Assembly (NCBI GenBank): GCA_030390025.1
Contig: JASTWF010000033.1
Span: 62,001 to 126,000 of the forward strand
Direction: 5' to 3'
Length of the DNA: 64,000 nt
Source of the DNA: Squalus acanthias
Lineage: Eukaryota
Below, piece by piece: positions 24,685 through 36,490 of this stretch. How positions within the stretch are numbered: position 1 is the first letter of the stretch; each line of letters starts with the position of its first letter. The notes under the pieces were generated by a model, which saw only the letters and a list, made by a program, of their open reading frames with translations, was not told where the DNA came from and did no database searches. The translations under genes were made by a program, and so were the position numbers.

Positions 24685-27600
24685 TATACTTTTTATAATA
24701 TGGCGACCAGAACTGTAGGCAGTACTCTAATTATGGTCAAACCAAGGTTCGATACAAGTTTAGCATAACTTGCCTACTTTTCAATTCCATCCCTCAGGCA
24801 ATAAACCCTAGTGCTTGGTTTGCTTTTTAAATTGCCTTGCCAACCTGTGTCGCAATTTTTAATCATTTGTGTATGTGTACTCCAAGATCGCTTTGTTACT
24901 CTACCCACCTAGACTCGCACCCTCCAAGTAATAAGTGACCTCCCTATTCTTCCTACCCAAATGTAATACCTCACATTTATCTGTATTGAACTTCACTTGC
25001 CAATTATATGCCCATTCTGCAAGTTTATTAATGTATTCCTGTAATTTGTTGCAGTTATCCTCAGTACTGAATTTGGATGATCAGCCATGATCTCATTAAA
25101 TGGCGGAACAGGCTCGAGGGGCCGAATGGCCTACTCCTGCTCCTATCTTCTATGTTTCTATATTTCTATGTATTGACTAACACCCCCCCCCCCCAATTTT
25201 GTGTCATTCGGAAATTTAGAAATGGTGTTTTTGATTCGAAAGTCTAAATCGTTAATATAAATTGTGAACAACAGTGGTCGCAGCACTGATCCTTTTGGAT
25301 CACCACTACTCACCTTCTGCTACTGTGAATACTACCCTTTACTCCTACTCTCTGCTTTCTGTCCTGAAGCCAGCCAGAAATCCATTCTGCTAATTGTCCC
25401 CTGACTCTGCATTCTCTGACCTCGTTCATCAGTTTATTATGGGGTACCTTAACGAAGGCCATTTGGAAATGTAGATGAATTATATCTACTGCAATACCAT
25501 TGTCTACTCTCTCCTTTACCTCTTCAAAACATTCAATGAGGTTGATCAAGCAAGTCCTTCCCTTTTGAAATCCATGCTGACTATTCTTTTTTATATTTTT
25601 GGTTTCTAGATGTTCTTCTATTTTCTCCTTTAGTAGGATTCTATTATTGTTCCAGACACTGATGTTAAGCTGACTGGTCTATAATTCCCTGGACATGTTG
25701 TATTCCCTTTCTTGAATATAGGTATTACATTAGCTATCTGCCAGGCTTCTGGCACTACACCTTTTACGAACGAATTATTAAATATGTGTAGTAATGCCTC
25801 TGTTATCCCTTCCCTAGATTATTTTAAAATGCGTGGATGGAATCCCTTGGACCAGAAGTTTTATCTTCTTGGAGTTTCAGTAGTTTATGTAATATATCGC
25901 CCCTCTTTACTTTAAATGTACTTATCTCATTACAAATCCCATCATCCAATGTCATGTCAACTTGTTCTATCTCCCTGGTAAATACTGAAGTAAAATAATG
26001 ATTTAATATTTCTGCCATCTCTCTGTCGTTGCCTGTGGTATTATCCTTTAATGGCCCTGGTTCCATCCCAACCTTCCTTATTTATTGATGTGCCTGTAAA
26101 TTTTTTTACTATTGTTTTATGTTCTTTGATAACTTAATTTCATAGTTCCTCTTTGCCTTCGTAATTGTATTTTTGACTTCTCTTAATCTCTTCGTATTCT
26201 CCGTAATCATACACTCCCCTGCTGTCCATGTACTTAATATATGCCTCTTTCCTTACCCTCAATTGTTCCCTTATATCTTTATTCACCCATGAATTGTCCT
26301 AAGTATTTAGTTTGTTCTTTCCATTTAGCGGAATATATTGTTACTGCACTCTGTTGAACACCATTTTAAATGTTTCCCGTTGCTGATCTACATCATTGTT
26401 TGCCAATATTTTTGCCCATTTTATTCTCCCAAGCTCTATTCTCTGCCCCTCAAAATAGCTTTTCTCCAACCTATTAACCTTGTTTTCGTCATACTTATGT
26501 CCTTCTCAATTATCATCTTAATGAGTATTATATTATGGTCACTATTGCCTAGATGTTCCCCTACGTTTACTTCTCTTATCTGCTCTGTTTCATTCCACAA
26601 TACAAGATCCAATAGAGAACCCTCCCTTATTGGGCGTTTTACATATTGGGTTCGAAAGGGGTCCTGTACACATTGTAGGAACTCCATTCTCTGATCGCCT
26701 TTACTTACTCTTCTGTCCAATTAATATCTTGGTAGTTGAAATCCCCCATGATTATTATTCTATGTTTTTTTTACTCATTTCGCTAATGTGTCTGCATATT
26801 TCTTCCTCCACCTCCTTTCAACTATTAGGTGGTCAGTACTACGCCTATTAATGTTATTCATCCTTTATTAACTTCTATCTCTATCCATATGCATTCTATT
26901 TTGTCTTGCTGATAGCTGCGTCACTTTTTTTCTGCTGCCATTACGTTATCCCCAATAGGTACAGCTACTCCACCTCCCCTTTATCCCTCTCTATCTTTTC
27001 TAGATAAGCAATACCCTGCAATGTTTAATTCCCAGTCCTGATTTTTCTGTAGCCATGTCTCAGTAAACCCTACTATGTCTGGTTCCTCGCAACGCATGAC
27101 TGCCTCCAGCTCCCGTTTTATTATGGACACTCAGTTGCTGTAGAGACAGTTTAACTCATTTAATATAATTTTCTCCCACTTTATGTTTAACCATCTTTTA
27201 AGACTCCTGTTCTATAACTCTATTTATTCACTTGACATCAATGTCCTCCCTTATTTTATTCTTTCCTACGCTCTCTTTTCCTGCTTTGCTTATGTTTAGG
27301 CTGGTTACGTTTCTTGTAGATCCCACACCCCATCTTAATAGTTTAAAGCGTTTGTCACCTCCCTATTTCCCATTCCACTAGGACACGCTTCCCATCCCAG
27401 TTCAGGTGGAGCCCGTACCGTCGGTACAGCTCCTTCCTGTCCCAGAACTGGTGCCAGTGTCCCATGAAAAGGAACCCCTCTTTCCCAGACCAACCCTTTA
27501 GCCACGTGTTAATTCTCCTGATCTGTCAGCTTCTATGCCAATTTTCACGTGGTTCGGGCAATAATCCAGAGATTATTACCCTCGAGGTCCTGCTTTTTAA

Positions 27601-27840
27601 TTTAGAGCCTGACACCTGATACTCTTTCAGCAGGACCTCCTCCCTGTTCCTACCAATATCGAATGCTCCAACATGGACCAAGACAACTGGATTTACACCC
27701 TCCCTTTCTGAGTTCCTCTCCAGCCGCCATGAGATGTCCCTTACCCTTGCACCGGGTAGGCAACATACCCTTCGGGATTCTCGTTCTTGGCTTCAAGGGA
27801 CGCTATCTATCCTCCTTATGATAGAGTCCCCTATCACTAG
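24685..27840 (-). mobile_element. CR1 LINE, long degenerate copy (ORF1 end, endonuclease, RT)
   Basis: PIREGSLLDLVL...EHLGNSDHN endonuclease motif, RT motifs, ORF1 esterase-like sequence near 27400-27840. Confidence 0.92.
25071..25169 (+). mobile_element. ~100-bp CR1/SINE tail insertion inside the CR1
   Basis: GATCAGCCATGATC...GGCCTACTCCTGCTCCTA plus a (TTTCTATG)n tail, flanked by GTACTGA / GTATTGA. Confidence 0.8.
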
Positions 27841-28149
27841 GGACCAGTGGCCTTTTTCTGTGCTGTAAATTCTACGTACGTCTATGTAATTTAGAGATAC
27901 AATAATGATTAGAGGAGGCTGGTACGGATTAGCTGAAGGCAAGAAGTGTTTGACAAATTAGCACAATATTTTTTCAAAGAATTGACTCTATAGCTAGATT
28001 TAATATAGCACATGTGGTCTATATCGGTTTTCAGAAGTTGTTTGATAATGTGGCTCACGGGAGGCTACAGCCGTTTAGTATAAGAGGAAATGTAGCCGCC
28101 CGGATATAATGTGGTTATTGTGTTTTGTTTTCTCCATTTGTGTTCACAG

Positions 28150-28316
28150 AGCCGAGCTCTACAATCACTGGGTTCTTGACAAAGTGCGACGATTACCAGC
28201 TGTTCCAGTTGACGAAATTCTAACGGGACAGACTGGAACAGGCGGTTGAAGAGGGTGTAGAGGGACTCGCTCTCTGGTTAACAGGTGACGACCATTTCAA
28301 TGGACAAGAATATTAC
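28150..28316 (+). pseudogene. NLR-like gene exon 2 with in-frame TAA
   Basis: TGTGTTCACAG acceptor, GTAAGT donor, TAA at 28221-28223 in an otherwise open frame. Confidence 0.8.
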
Positions 28317-28516
28317 GTAAGTGGGCCAGATTCAGATTGAGTTTAGTTTATTCTAACATCACAAAACTGACAGAATATCAGATCTTCGAATCATAGAATG
28401 TTATGGAATTGAAACAGGCAAATAGGGGAATAAAGAATAAAATGCAAATATTGTGAATCTGAAACTATGATACGAAGAGTTGAAAATTGTTCGCAAAAGA
28501 GGAAATCTTCTGCCCC

Positions 28517-28693
28517 TGTGCTCTTGGTGGGGAATGTCACTCTCCAGGAGGAATAAGAGATTGAGTCCATTCAGTCTGTCATTTCCTGGTCTTGTGCTCT
28601 TGGTGGGGAATGTCACTCTCCAGGAGGAATAAGAGATTGAGCTCATTCAGTCTGTCATTTCCTGGTCCTGTGCTCTTGTTGTGGTATTTCACT
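28517..28693. repeat. 76-bp tandem repeat, ~2.3 copies
   Basis: Units start at 28517, 28593 and 28669. Confidence 0.9.
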
Positions 28694-28694
28694 G

Positions 28695-29140
28695 GAACAT
28701 TCGAACAATGATGGACAGGGAAAGACCATTTGGTCAATCCAGGCTGTCACACACAATTGAGATACCTTGTGTATTTCAACATGTACACTCCACCCCACCC
28801 GAAACCATGTGATCTCCTGGGAGAGGCAAAAAACAGAGAAAATTCAAGGACAATTTGGGGAATAAGTCTGGGAAATTCTTCTCCGATCCATCTAGGCGAG
28901 CGAAACTAGTCCAGGAGATCGCTCTAACCAGGAATTCCTTCCATTACCTACCTTCTGTAAGAGGTGATCTCCGCCCCAGCCAAAAACAGGTACAGCTCTC
29001 GCTTGGAGGAATTCAGCGAATCGGGATTCACCGCATGAGACGGCAGCCTGTTCCAGAGGTCCACTATTTTCTGGGAAAAGAAACATCTCCTGACATCTAA
29101 CCGAGATCTAGCCTTATACAACTTAAATTAGTGACCCCAG
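28695..29140 (-). mobile_element. CR1-clade LINE 3' end with a long 3' UTR
   Basis: Minus strand reads FKLYKARSRLDVRRCFFSQKIVDLWNRLP. Confidence 0.75.
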
Positions 29141-29349
29141 GTAACAACGGAAAATTGAAGTCATTCGGTCTGTAATTTACCGTCGGTTAACTTTAATGAA
29201 TGGATTTGGTTGTTTGATTACGGAGAAAGTGACTGAAAAATGAAATATTGGTAGGTACATTTTTAAATATTCTTTCACTGGTTAGCACCTGTGTTTCTCT
29301 TTCGATCATGCCGTTTCTTTAGTTTGATTTATTCTAGTTAAATATTGGG

Positions 29350-30010
29350 AAGATTGAATCATCATCTACTATCAGCAGCACAAACTCCGTCTTCTCACCA
29401 GTTGATTCCATCCCCCTCCCCGGCCACTCTCCGATGCTGAACCTGACTGTTTGCAAACTCGGCGACCTATTTGCTCCAGAACTGAGCTTTCGACCCATAT
29501 CCTCTCCATCACAAATACCACGTACTTCCACCTTCATATCATTGTCCGTCTCCACTCCTTCCTCAGCTGAACCCTCATCTTGTGTTTGTCACCTTTATAC
29601 TGGATCATTATAACGCTCCCCTGGCCGACAGTTCTTCCTCAGTCCTCCTTAAACTTCAATTCATCCAAAACTCTGCTTGTGCCCTGTCCCGCCGCAGGTC
29701 CCGTTAACCGACGCACGTGTGCTCGCTCCCGTTCCTCGAATGTCTTCTGTTTAAAACGTCCATCCTCCAATTTCAATTAATTCATGGCCTAGCCCTTTCC
29801 TATCGCTGTATCCACCTCCAGCACAGAAACCTTCCGCAGTCCTCGGATTTTCTGTAACTCCAGCACTGGCCTCTTGTGCACCCCTCGACCTTCAGCTTAC
29901 CAGTTTTGTAGAGCGTTCATTTGCCTTAGGCCCTAAGCTCTGGAACTCACTCACTAGACCCCTCCGCCTTTTCAACTTCATTTCCCTTTAAAACTTAGCA
30001 CTTTCTTCCA
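29350..30010 (+). mobile_element. L2 LINE 3' fragment, highly degenerate
   Basis: Colinear with 58320-59000. Confidence 0.7.
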
Positions 30011-30044
30011 GCTTTTTCTCAAACCTACTCGGTAAAATACTGCA

Positions 30045-30295
30045 TTGATGTCAACGGCAGTCACTCCCACCTCACCTCTGGAATTCAGCTCTTTTATCCA
30101 TGTTTTATCAAATGCTGTAATGAGGTCTGGAGCCGATTGGTTCTGGTGGAAACCAAATTAAGTACCGACGAGCGGCTTACTGGTGAGTAAGTGCTGCTCT
30201 AAGCCTCCTTCCGTCAATTCGCTGAAGATCGAGAGTGGCTTGATAGGAAAGTAATTGGCTGGATTGGATTTGTCCTGCTTTTTCTGAACATGACT
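30045..30295 (-). mobile_element. LINE RT fragment (non-main CR1 family)
   Basis: Minus strand KKQDKSNPANYFPI...SAPDLITA...ELNSRGEVGVTAVDI. Confidence 0.7.
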
Positions 30296-30747
30296 AATCT
30301 GGGTAAAACTCTACATCCTCGTCCACAGCGCAGCCAGTGTCAGATCAATGAATGACTTACCGCAACTACAGGGTTTCCACGGTTAGATGCGCATGCGCTA
30401 AATCCTGAAGTTGCTGCCAGTTTCAGTGGCGTAATAACGGCGAAAGCTGATAGTTCGCCATCACCAACCACCACAAAATGCGGGCCATTTTTTTGCAGTT
30501 AGGAAAGGCTGAACACCTCAGCAGCTTTTGACCACTTGCTATAGTTTATAGTTTAACAGTCCTGGCCCAATTGCCTCCTTACTCACTTATCAGTATTTTT
30601 TTGCAAACGAGAAGCCTGCAACTAAACAGTTATTGAAGATGCTTACAGCCTCTAAAGTGATTTCAGTGACAACACACTGCTATTTTTGCAGTTTAACCTA
30701 ACAATGTCCAAATGGGATTTTAGTGTATTTACTTCACCACCACCTAC

Positions 30748-31265
30748 CAGGCATAAGTCAGGAGTGTGATGGAATAATCTTCACTTGCCTGGATGAGTGC
30801 AACTCCAATAACACTCAAGAAATCTCGACACCATTCAGGACAAAGCAGTCCACTTGACCAGCACCACCTTAAAAACCTCTACCACTGACGCAAGGTGGCT
30901 GCAGTGTCCACCAGCTACAAGATGCACTGCAGCAACTCGCCAAGTCTTCTTCGGCAGCACCTCCCAAACTCGTGACCTCTATCACCTAGAAGGACAAAGG
31001 CAACAGGAGCAGGGTAACACCATCACCTGCAAGCCCCTCTCAGGAACACACTATCCTGACTGCGACATATATAGTTGTTGCTTCATCGTCGCTGCGTTGA
31101 AATCCTGGAACTCCCTCCCTATCAGCACTGTGGGAGTACCTTCACCACATGGACTGCAGAGTTTCAAGGAGGCAGCTCACCACTATCAAATCAAGGGCAA
31201 CTAGAAATGGGCAATAAATGCTGATCTTGCCAGTGACGCCCATATCGTGTGAATTAATAAATACA
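30748..31265 (+). mobile_element. LINE 3' end (CR1-clade, Zenon-like)
   Basis: Degenerate VRSVME.S.LAWMSATPITLK...LDTIQDKA and KSWNSLP, followed by a 3' UTR. Confidence 0.7.
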
Positions 31266-31997
31266 ATTAAAAAAGGCGATGTATAAATATAGGCTGTTGT
31301 CGATGAAAGTCCTGACTACACGAATCCCATTGCTAGATATGTGCTCCCGGTCACCGAGGTTTCATACCGGCAGCTGGTGTGCAAAATAATATATATCAGA
31401 TATTTTAATTACTGAGGGGAAAAAGTGATTGGAGTAATTAGACTTTTCATCCTTCGAAGTATTGCTTGATTCTCCTGATCGATAATTAACAATGGTTGTT
31501 TCGATTAGTCGGTGTAATTTCTCAGGCAGTTTTCCAGCTGCTTCCCTCACTTCACATTAGACCCTTCTCTCCCACTCAAGTTCTGATTCGCTGCTGCTTT
31601 ATTTCAATCAAATTACAAATTGTGACATCATGAAATAAGTGTGAGAAACGAGTGTATTATATTGTCAATCTAAATCAGATGTCATGTTATAGACTGAAGG
31701 ACAGAGAAAACTAATCCCATTAAAACTACTGCAGATTCTCAGTGATTCCATACTCTCCAGGAATGATATTTCTGATTTTAATTTTATTTTCATGACATGT
31801 ATGTCCCATTAATGAGTGGGTCAAGTTTTTACAGAATATTCAGCCCCTGTTCAGAATGGATCAGCACCTGGCCAAGTGATTACTTTCTATCGTCAAAACA
31901 ACTGGGAGATCCCATCACTGAGCAGATCCTTTCCTTCTCATTCTCAGTGTTTGTCTTTCACTCCGCTCCTCAATATATTCATTATTATTCTTTACAG

Positions 31998-32169
31998 AAA
32001 GTCACTGATCTCGCGGAGAAGGGAAACCGGGTGGACAGTTCCAATTTTCTCCTAAACCTGGTGATGGAGAAAGGCTCTCGGGCTCGAAGGGCAATGTGGG
32101 AATCCTTTGTGAAAATGTGCCACAGGCTACCAAAGCTGGATAAAATACTGAGAGAAATACAGAAACTTG
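31998..32169 (+). pseudogene. NLR-like gene exon 3 (CARD-like helices)
   Basis: TCTTTACAG acceptor; KVTDLAEKGNR...KLDKILREIQKL; GT donor at 32170. Confidence 0.8.
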
Positions 32170-32274
32170 GTACAGCAAAATCCCACACTGAATTCAATGT
32201 CAGATTCAAACACTGCAGATTTTGCTATAATATTAAACAGATCTGATTTCATGAAAGGTAATTGATTTAAACAG

Positions 32275-32340
32275 GTTCTGATCCATTTGATTACATGAAC
32301 ATCGCACAAGCTGTATCCGAAGTATCCAGTCACCTGAAAG
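32275..32340 (+). pseudogene. NLR-like gene exon 4 (linker)
   Basis: AACAG acceptor; GSDPFDYMNIAQAVSEVSSHLK; GTAAGT donor at 32341; phase 1 at both ends. Confidence 0.7.
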
Positions 32341-32629
32341 GTAAGTGATGAAATTGAGATTTAAAACATTTATTTCCATTCAGAGAATCGACATCATTGA
32401 CTGTAGCCGTTTTTTTAGAGTTTGTCAGAATCTGGGAATATGAGGCTCAAAGGCTGGGGTAACAGGATTGAAGATGTTTGGATTTGTCATCAATTCTCAA
32501 CTTTTCAGGGTAGATTCAAGTTACAATTAATAGGATTGCTAACGCTTCCTGTAAATTGGCGGACGTTGCATTATTTCATTAAATCCAGCTGCTGATCTCT
32601 ATCACTTGCGCAGTGTTAAGAACAACTGA

Positions 32630-34143
32630 CAAGGTCCTGATACAATGTGAAACCCCATACACACCTGGCAGGATCCTGATACACTGTGAAACCCCATACG
32701 CACCTAGCAGGATCCTGATACAATGTGAAACCCCATACACACCTGGCAGGATCCTGATACACTGTGAAACCCCATACACACCTGGCAGGATCCTGAAAAA
32801 CTGTGAATCCCCATACACACCTGGCAGGATCCTTAAAAACTGTGAATCCCCATACACACCTGGCAGGATTCTGATACACTGTGGAACCCCATACACACCT
32901 GGCAGGATCCTGATACACTGTGAAACCCCATACACACCTGGCAGGATCCTGAAACACTGTGAAACCCCAAACACACCTGGCAGGATACTGATACACTGTG
33001 AAACCCCATACGCACCTAGCAGGATCCTGATACAATGTGAAACGCCACAAGCACCTGGCAGGATCCTGATACAATGTGAAACGCCACCAGCACCTGGCTG
33101 CATCCTGATACGCTGTGAAACCCCATACACACCTGGCAGGATCGTGAAACACTGTGAAACCCCAAACACACCTGGCAGGATGCTGATACACTATGAAACC
33201 CCATACACACCTGGCAGGATACTGATACCCTGTGAAACCCCATACACACCTGGCAGGATCCCGAAACTGTGAAATCACATACACACCTGGCAGGATCGTG
33301 ATACACTGTGAAACCCCATACACACCTGGCAGGATCCTGAAACACTGTGAAACCCCATACATACCTGTCAGGATCCTGATACACAATGAAACCCAATACA
33401 CATCTGGAAGGATCCTGATACACTGTGAAACCCCATAAACACCTGGCAGGATCCTGATACACTTTGAAAGCCCATACACACCTGGCAGGATCCTGATACA
33501 CTTTGAAAGCCCAGACACACCTGGCAGGATCCTGATACACTGTGAAACACCATACACACCTGGCAGGATCCCGAAACTCTGAAACCCCATACATAACTGG
33601 CAGGATCCTGAAACACTGTGAAACCCCATATCTACCTGGCAGAATCCTGATACACTGTGAATCCCCATAAACATCTGGAAGGATCCTGATACACTGTGAT
33701 ACCCCATACACACCTGGCAGGATCCTGATACACATTGAAACCCCATACACACCTGACAGGATCCCGATACTGTGAAACCCCATACACACCTGGCCGGATC
33801 CTGAAACACTGTGAAACCCCATACACACCTGGCAGGATACTGATACACTGTGAAACGCCATACACATCTGGAAGGATCCTGATATACTGTGAAACGCCAT
33901 CCACACCTGGCAGGATCCTGATACACTGCGAACCCCATACACACCTGGCAGGATCCTGATACACTGTGAAACGCCATACAGATCTGGAAGGATCCTGATA
34001 TACTGTGAAACCCCATACACACCTGGCAGGATCCTGATACACTTTGAAACCCCTTACACACCTGTCAGGATCAAGATAAATTGTGAAACCCCGTACACAC
34101 CTGGCAGGATCCCGATACAGTGTAAAACCCCATACAGACCTGG
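32630..34143 (-). repeat. 39-bp satellite array 3, inverted relative to arrays 1 and 2
   Basis: Units read TACACACCTGGCAGGATCCTGATACACTGTGAAACCCCA on +. Confidence 0.97.
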
Positions 34144-36490
34144 AAGGGGGATGGGGAAAAGGGCTGTAGTCCACGAGCCAGTGGTGAGTGTCGGGAGGTA
34201 CTGAGGAGGGTGTCAAGTTCGCAGGAATGTACCGGCAGACAGGAAGGTGGCTTGAAGTGTGTCTACTTCAATGCAAGGAGCATCCGGAATAAGGTAGGAG
34301 AACTTGGAGCGTGGATCGGTACTTGGGACTACGATGTGGTGGCCATTACGGAAACATGGTTAGAACAGGGACAGGAATGGTTGTTGGAAGTTCCGGGGTA
34401 TAGATGTTTCAGTAAGAGTCGGGAAGGTGGTAAGAAAGGTGGAGGAGTAGCATTGTTAATCAAGGATAATTTAACAGCGGCAGAAAGGCAGTTCGAGGGG
34501 GATCTGCCGTCTGAGGTAATATGGGCTAAAGTTAGAAATAGGAAAGGAGCGGTCACGTTGTTAGGAGTTTTCTATAGGCCCCCAAATAGTAATAGAGATG
34601 TGGAGGAAGAAATTGCAAAGCAGATTATGAATAGGTGTGGAGGTCACAGAGTAGTTGTCATGGGTGACTTCAACTTTCCAAATATTGATTGCAACCTTTA
34701 TAGGTCAAACAGTTCGGATGGGATAGTTTTTGCACAGTGTGTGCAGGAGCGTTTCCTGTCACAATATGTGGATAGGCCGACAAGAGGTGGGGCCACATTG
34801 GATTTGGTACTGGGTAATTAACCCGGCCAAGTGTTTGATTTGTATGTGGGAGAGCACTTTGGAGATAGTGACCACAATTCGGTGACTTTCACTATTGCAA
34901 TGGAGAGGGATAGGGCCATACGGCAGGGCAGGGTTTATAATTGGGGGAGGGGTAATTATGATGCGATTAGGCAAGAATTAGGGAGCATAAAATGGGAACA
35001 GAAACTATCAGGGAAAGGCACAAACGAAAAGTGGAGCTTTTTCATGGAGCAATTACTGCGTGTCCTTGATAGGTATGTCCCTGTCAGGCAGGGAGGAAAT
35101 GGCCGAGTGAGAGAACCCTGGTTCACAAAAGAGGTTGAGTGTCTAGTCAAGAGGAAAAAGGAAGCGTATGTAAGGATGAGAAAACAAGGTTCAGTTGGGT
35201 CGATTGAGGGGTACAAGGTAGCAAGGAATGAGCTAAAAAAAAGGGCTTAGGAGAGCTAGGAGGGGGCATGAGAAGTCCTTGGCGGGTCGGTTCAAGGAAA
35301 ACCCCAAGGTTTTTTACTCTTATGTGAGAATAAAAGAATGACCAGGGTGATGGTAGGGCCGGTCAAGGACAGTAGTGGGAACTTGTGCATGGAGTCAGAA
35401 GAGATAGGGGAGGTGATGAATGAATACTTTTCGTCAGTGTTCACCGAGGAGAGTGGCCATGTTTTTGAGGATGAGAGTGTGATAAAGGTGGATAGGTTGG
35501 AGGAGGTAGATGTTCTGAGGGAAGATTTTTTAGCAATTTTGAAGAACCTGAGGGTCGATAAGTCCCCTGGGCCAGATTGGATATATCCTAGAATTCTTTG
35601 GGAGGCAAGGGAGGAGATTGCAGAGCCTTTGGCTTTGATCTTTGGGTCCTCACTGTCTACGATCAACCAGACGAAATCGAAGTTCTTGCCCTAGGGCTCA
35701 AGTTCTGCCCAACCACCAAAATGGACCCCATCGGTCTCGCGGCAGACACGGAGGAATTCATCAGTAGAATGAGGCTCCGGGAATACTTCCACAAATCCCA
35801 AGATGTCAGCAACAAACCCAATGAGACAATCAATGATCCAGAACAGCAGAGAGAGGGACACGCAGTGCAGCAACCGAAGAAAAAAGAGTCAAACTGGACC
35901 CCTCCAGAGGGTCGATGCCCCAAGCTTGACATGTATGCTCAAGCGGTCAGGAGATGCATCAACGCCAGAGTCATCAGCCGCACTCACAAGACAGTCCAGA
36001 ATGTCACCCGAGCACAACGCAACGCCATCCACGCTCTCAAGACCAACCGCAACATCGTCATCAAACCAGCGGACAAAGGAGGAGCCATCGTCATACAGAA
36101 CAGAACGGACTATTGTAAAGAAGCATACTGACAACTGGACAACCAGGAACACTACAGACAGCTACCCGCAGATCCGACCAAAGAACACACCCGCCAACTC
36201 AATAGACTGATCAAGAACTTCGATCCAGACCTTCAAAACATCCTACACGCTCTCATCCCACGTACTCCCCGCGTGGGAGACTTCTACTGCCTCCCAAAGA
36301 TACACAAAGCCAACACACCCGGACTATCGTATCAGGCAATGGAACCCTGTGTGAGAACCTCTCTGGATACGTCGAGGGCATTCTGAAACCCATCGTACAG
36401 GGAACCCCCAGCTTCTGTCGCGACACTACAGACTTCTTACAGAAACTCAGCACCCACGGACCAGTTGAACCAGGAACACTCCTCGCCACG

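Larger units (their letters stand above)
22073..32340 (+). pseudogene. Truncated NLR (NACHT-LRR family, NLRP3/NLRC3-like) gene: four exons encoding only the N-terminal CARD-like death-fold domain
   Basis: Exons 22041-22123, 28150-28316, 31998-32169 and 32275-32340, all with canonical AG/GT; phases are compatible for exons 2-4. The peptide PSSTITGFLTKCDDYQLFQLTKF*RDRLEQAVEEGVEG...KVTDLAEKGNRVDSSNFLLNLVMEKGSRARRAMWESFVKM resembles shark NLR N-termini as I recall them. TAA at 28221. No NACHT exon downstream. Confidence 0.8.
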
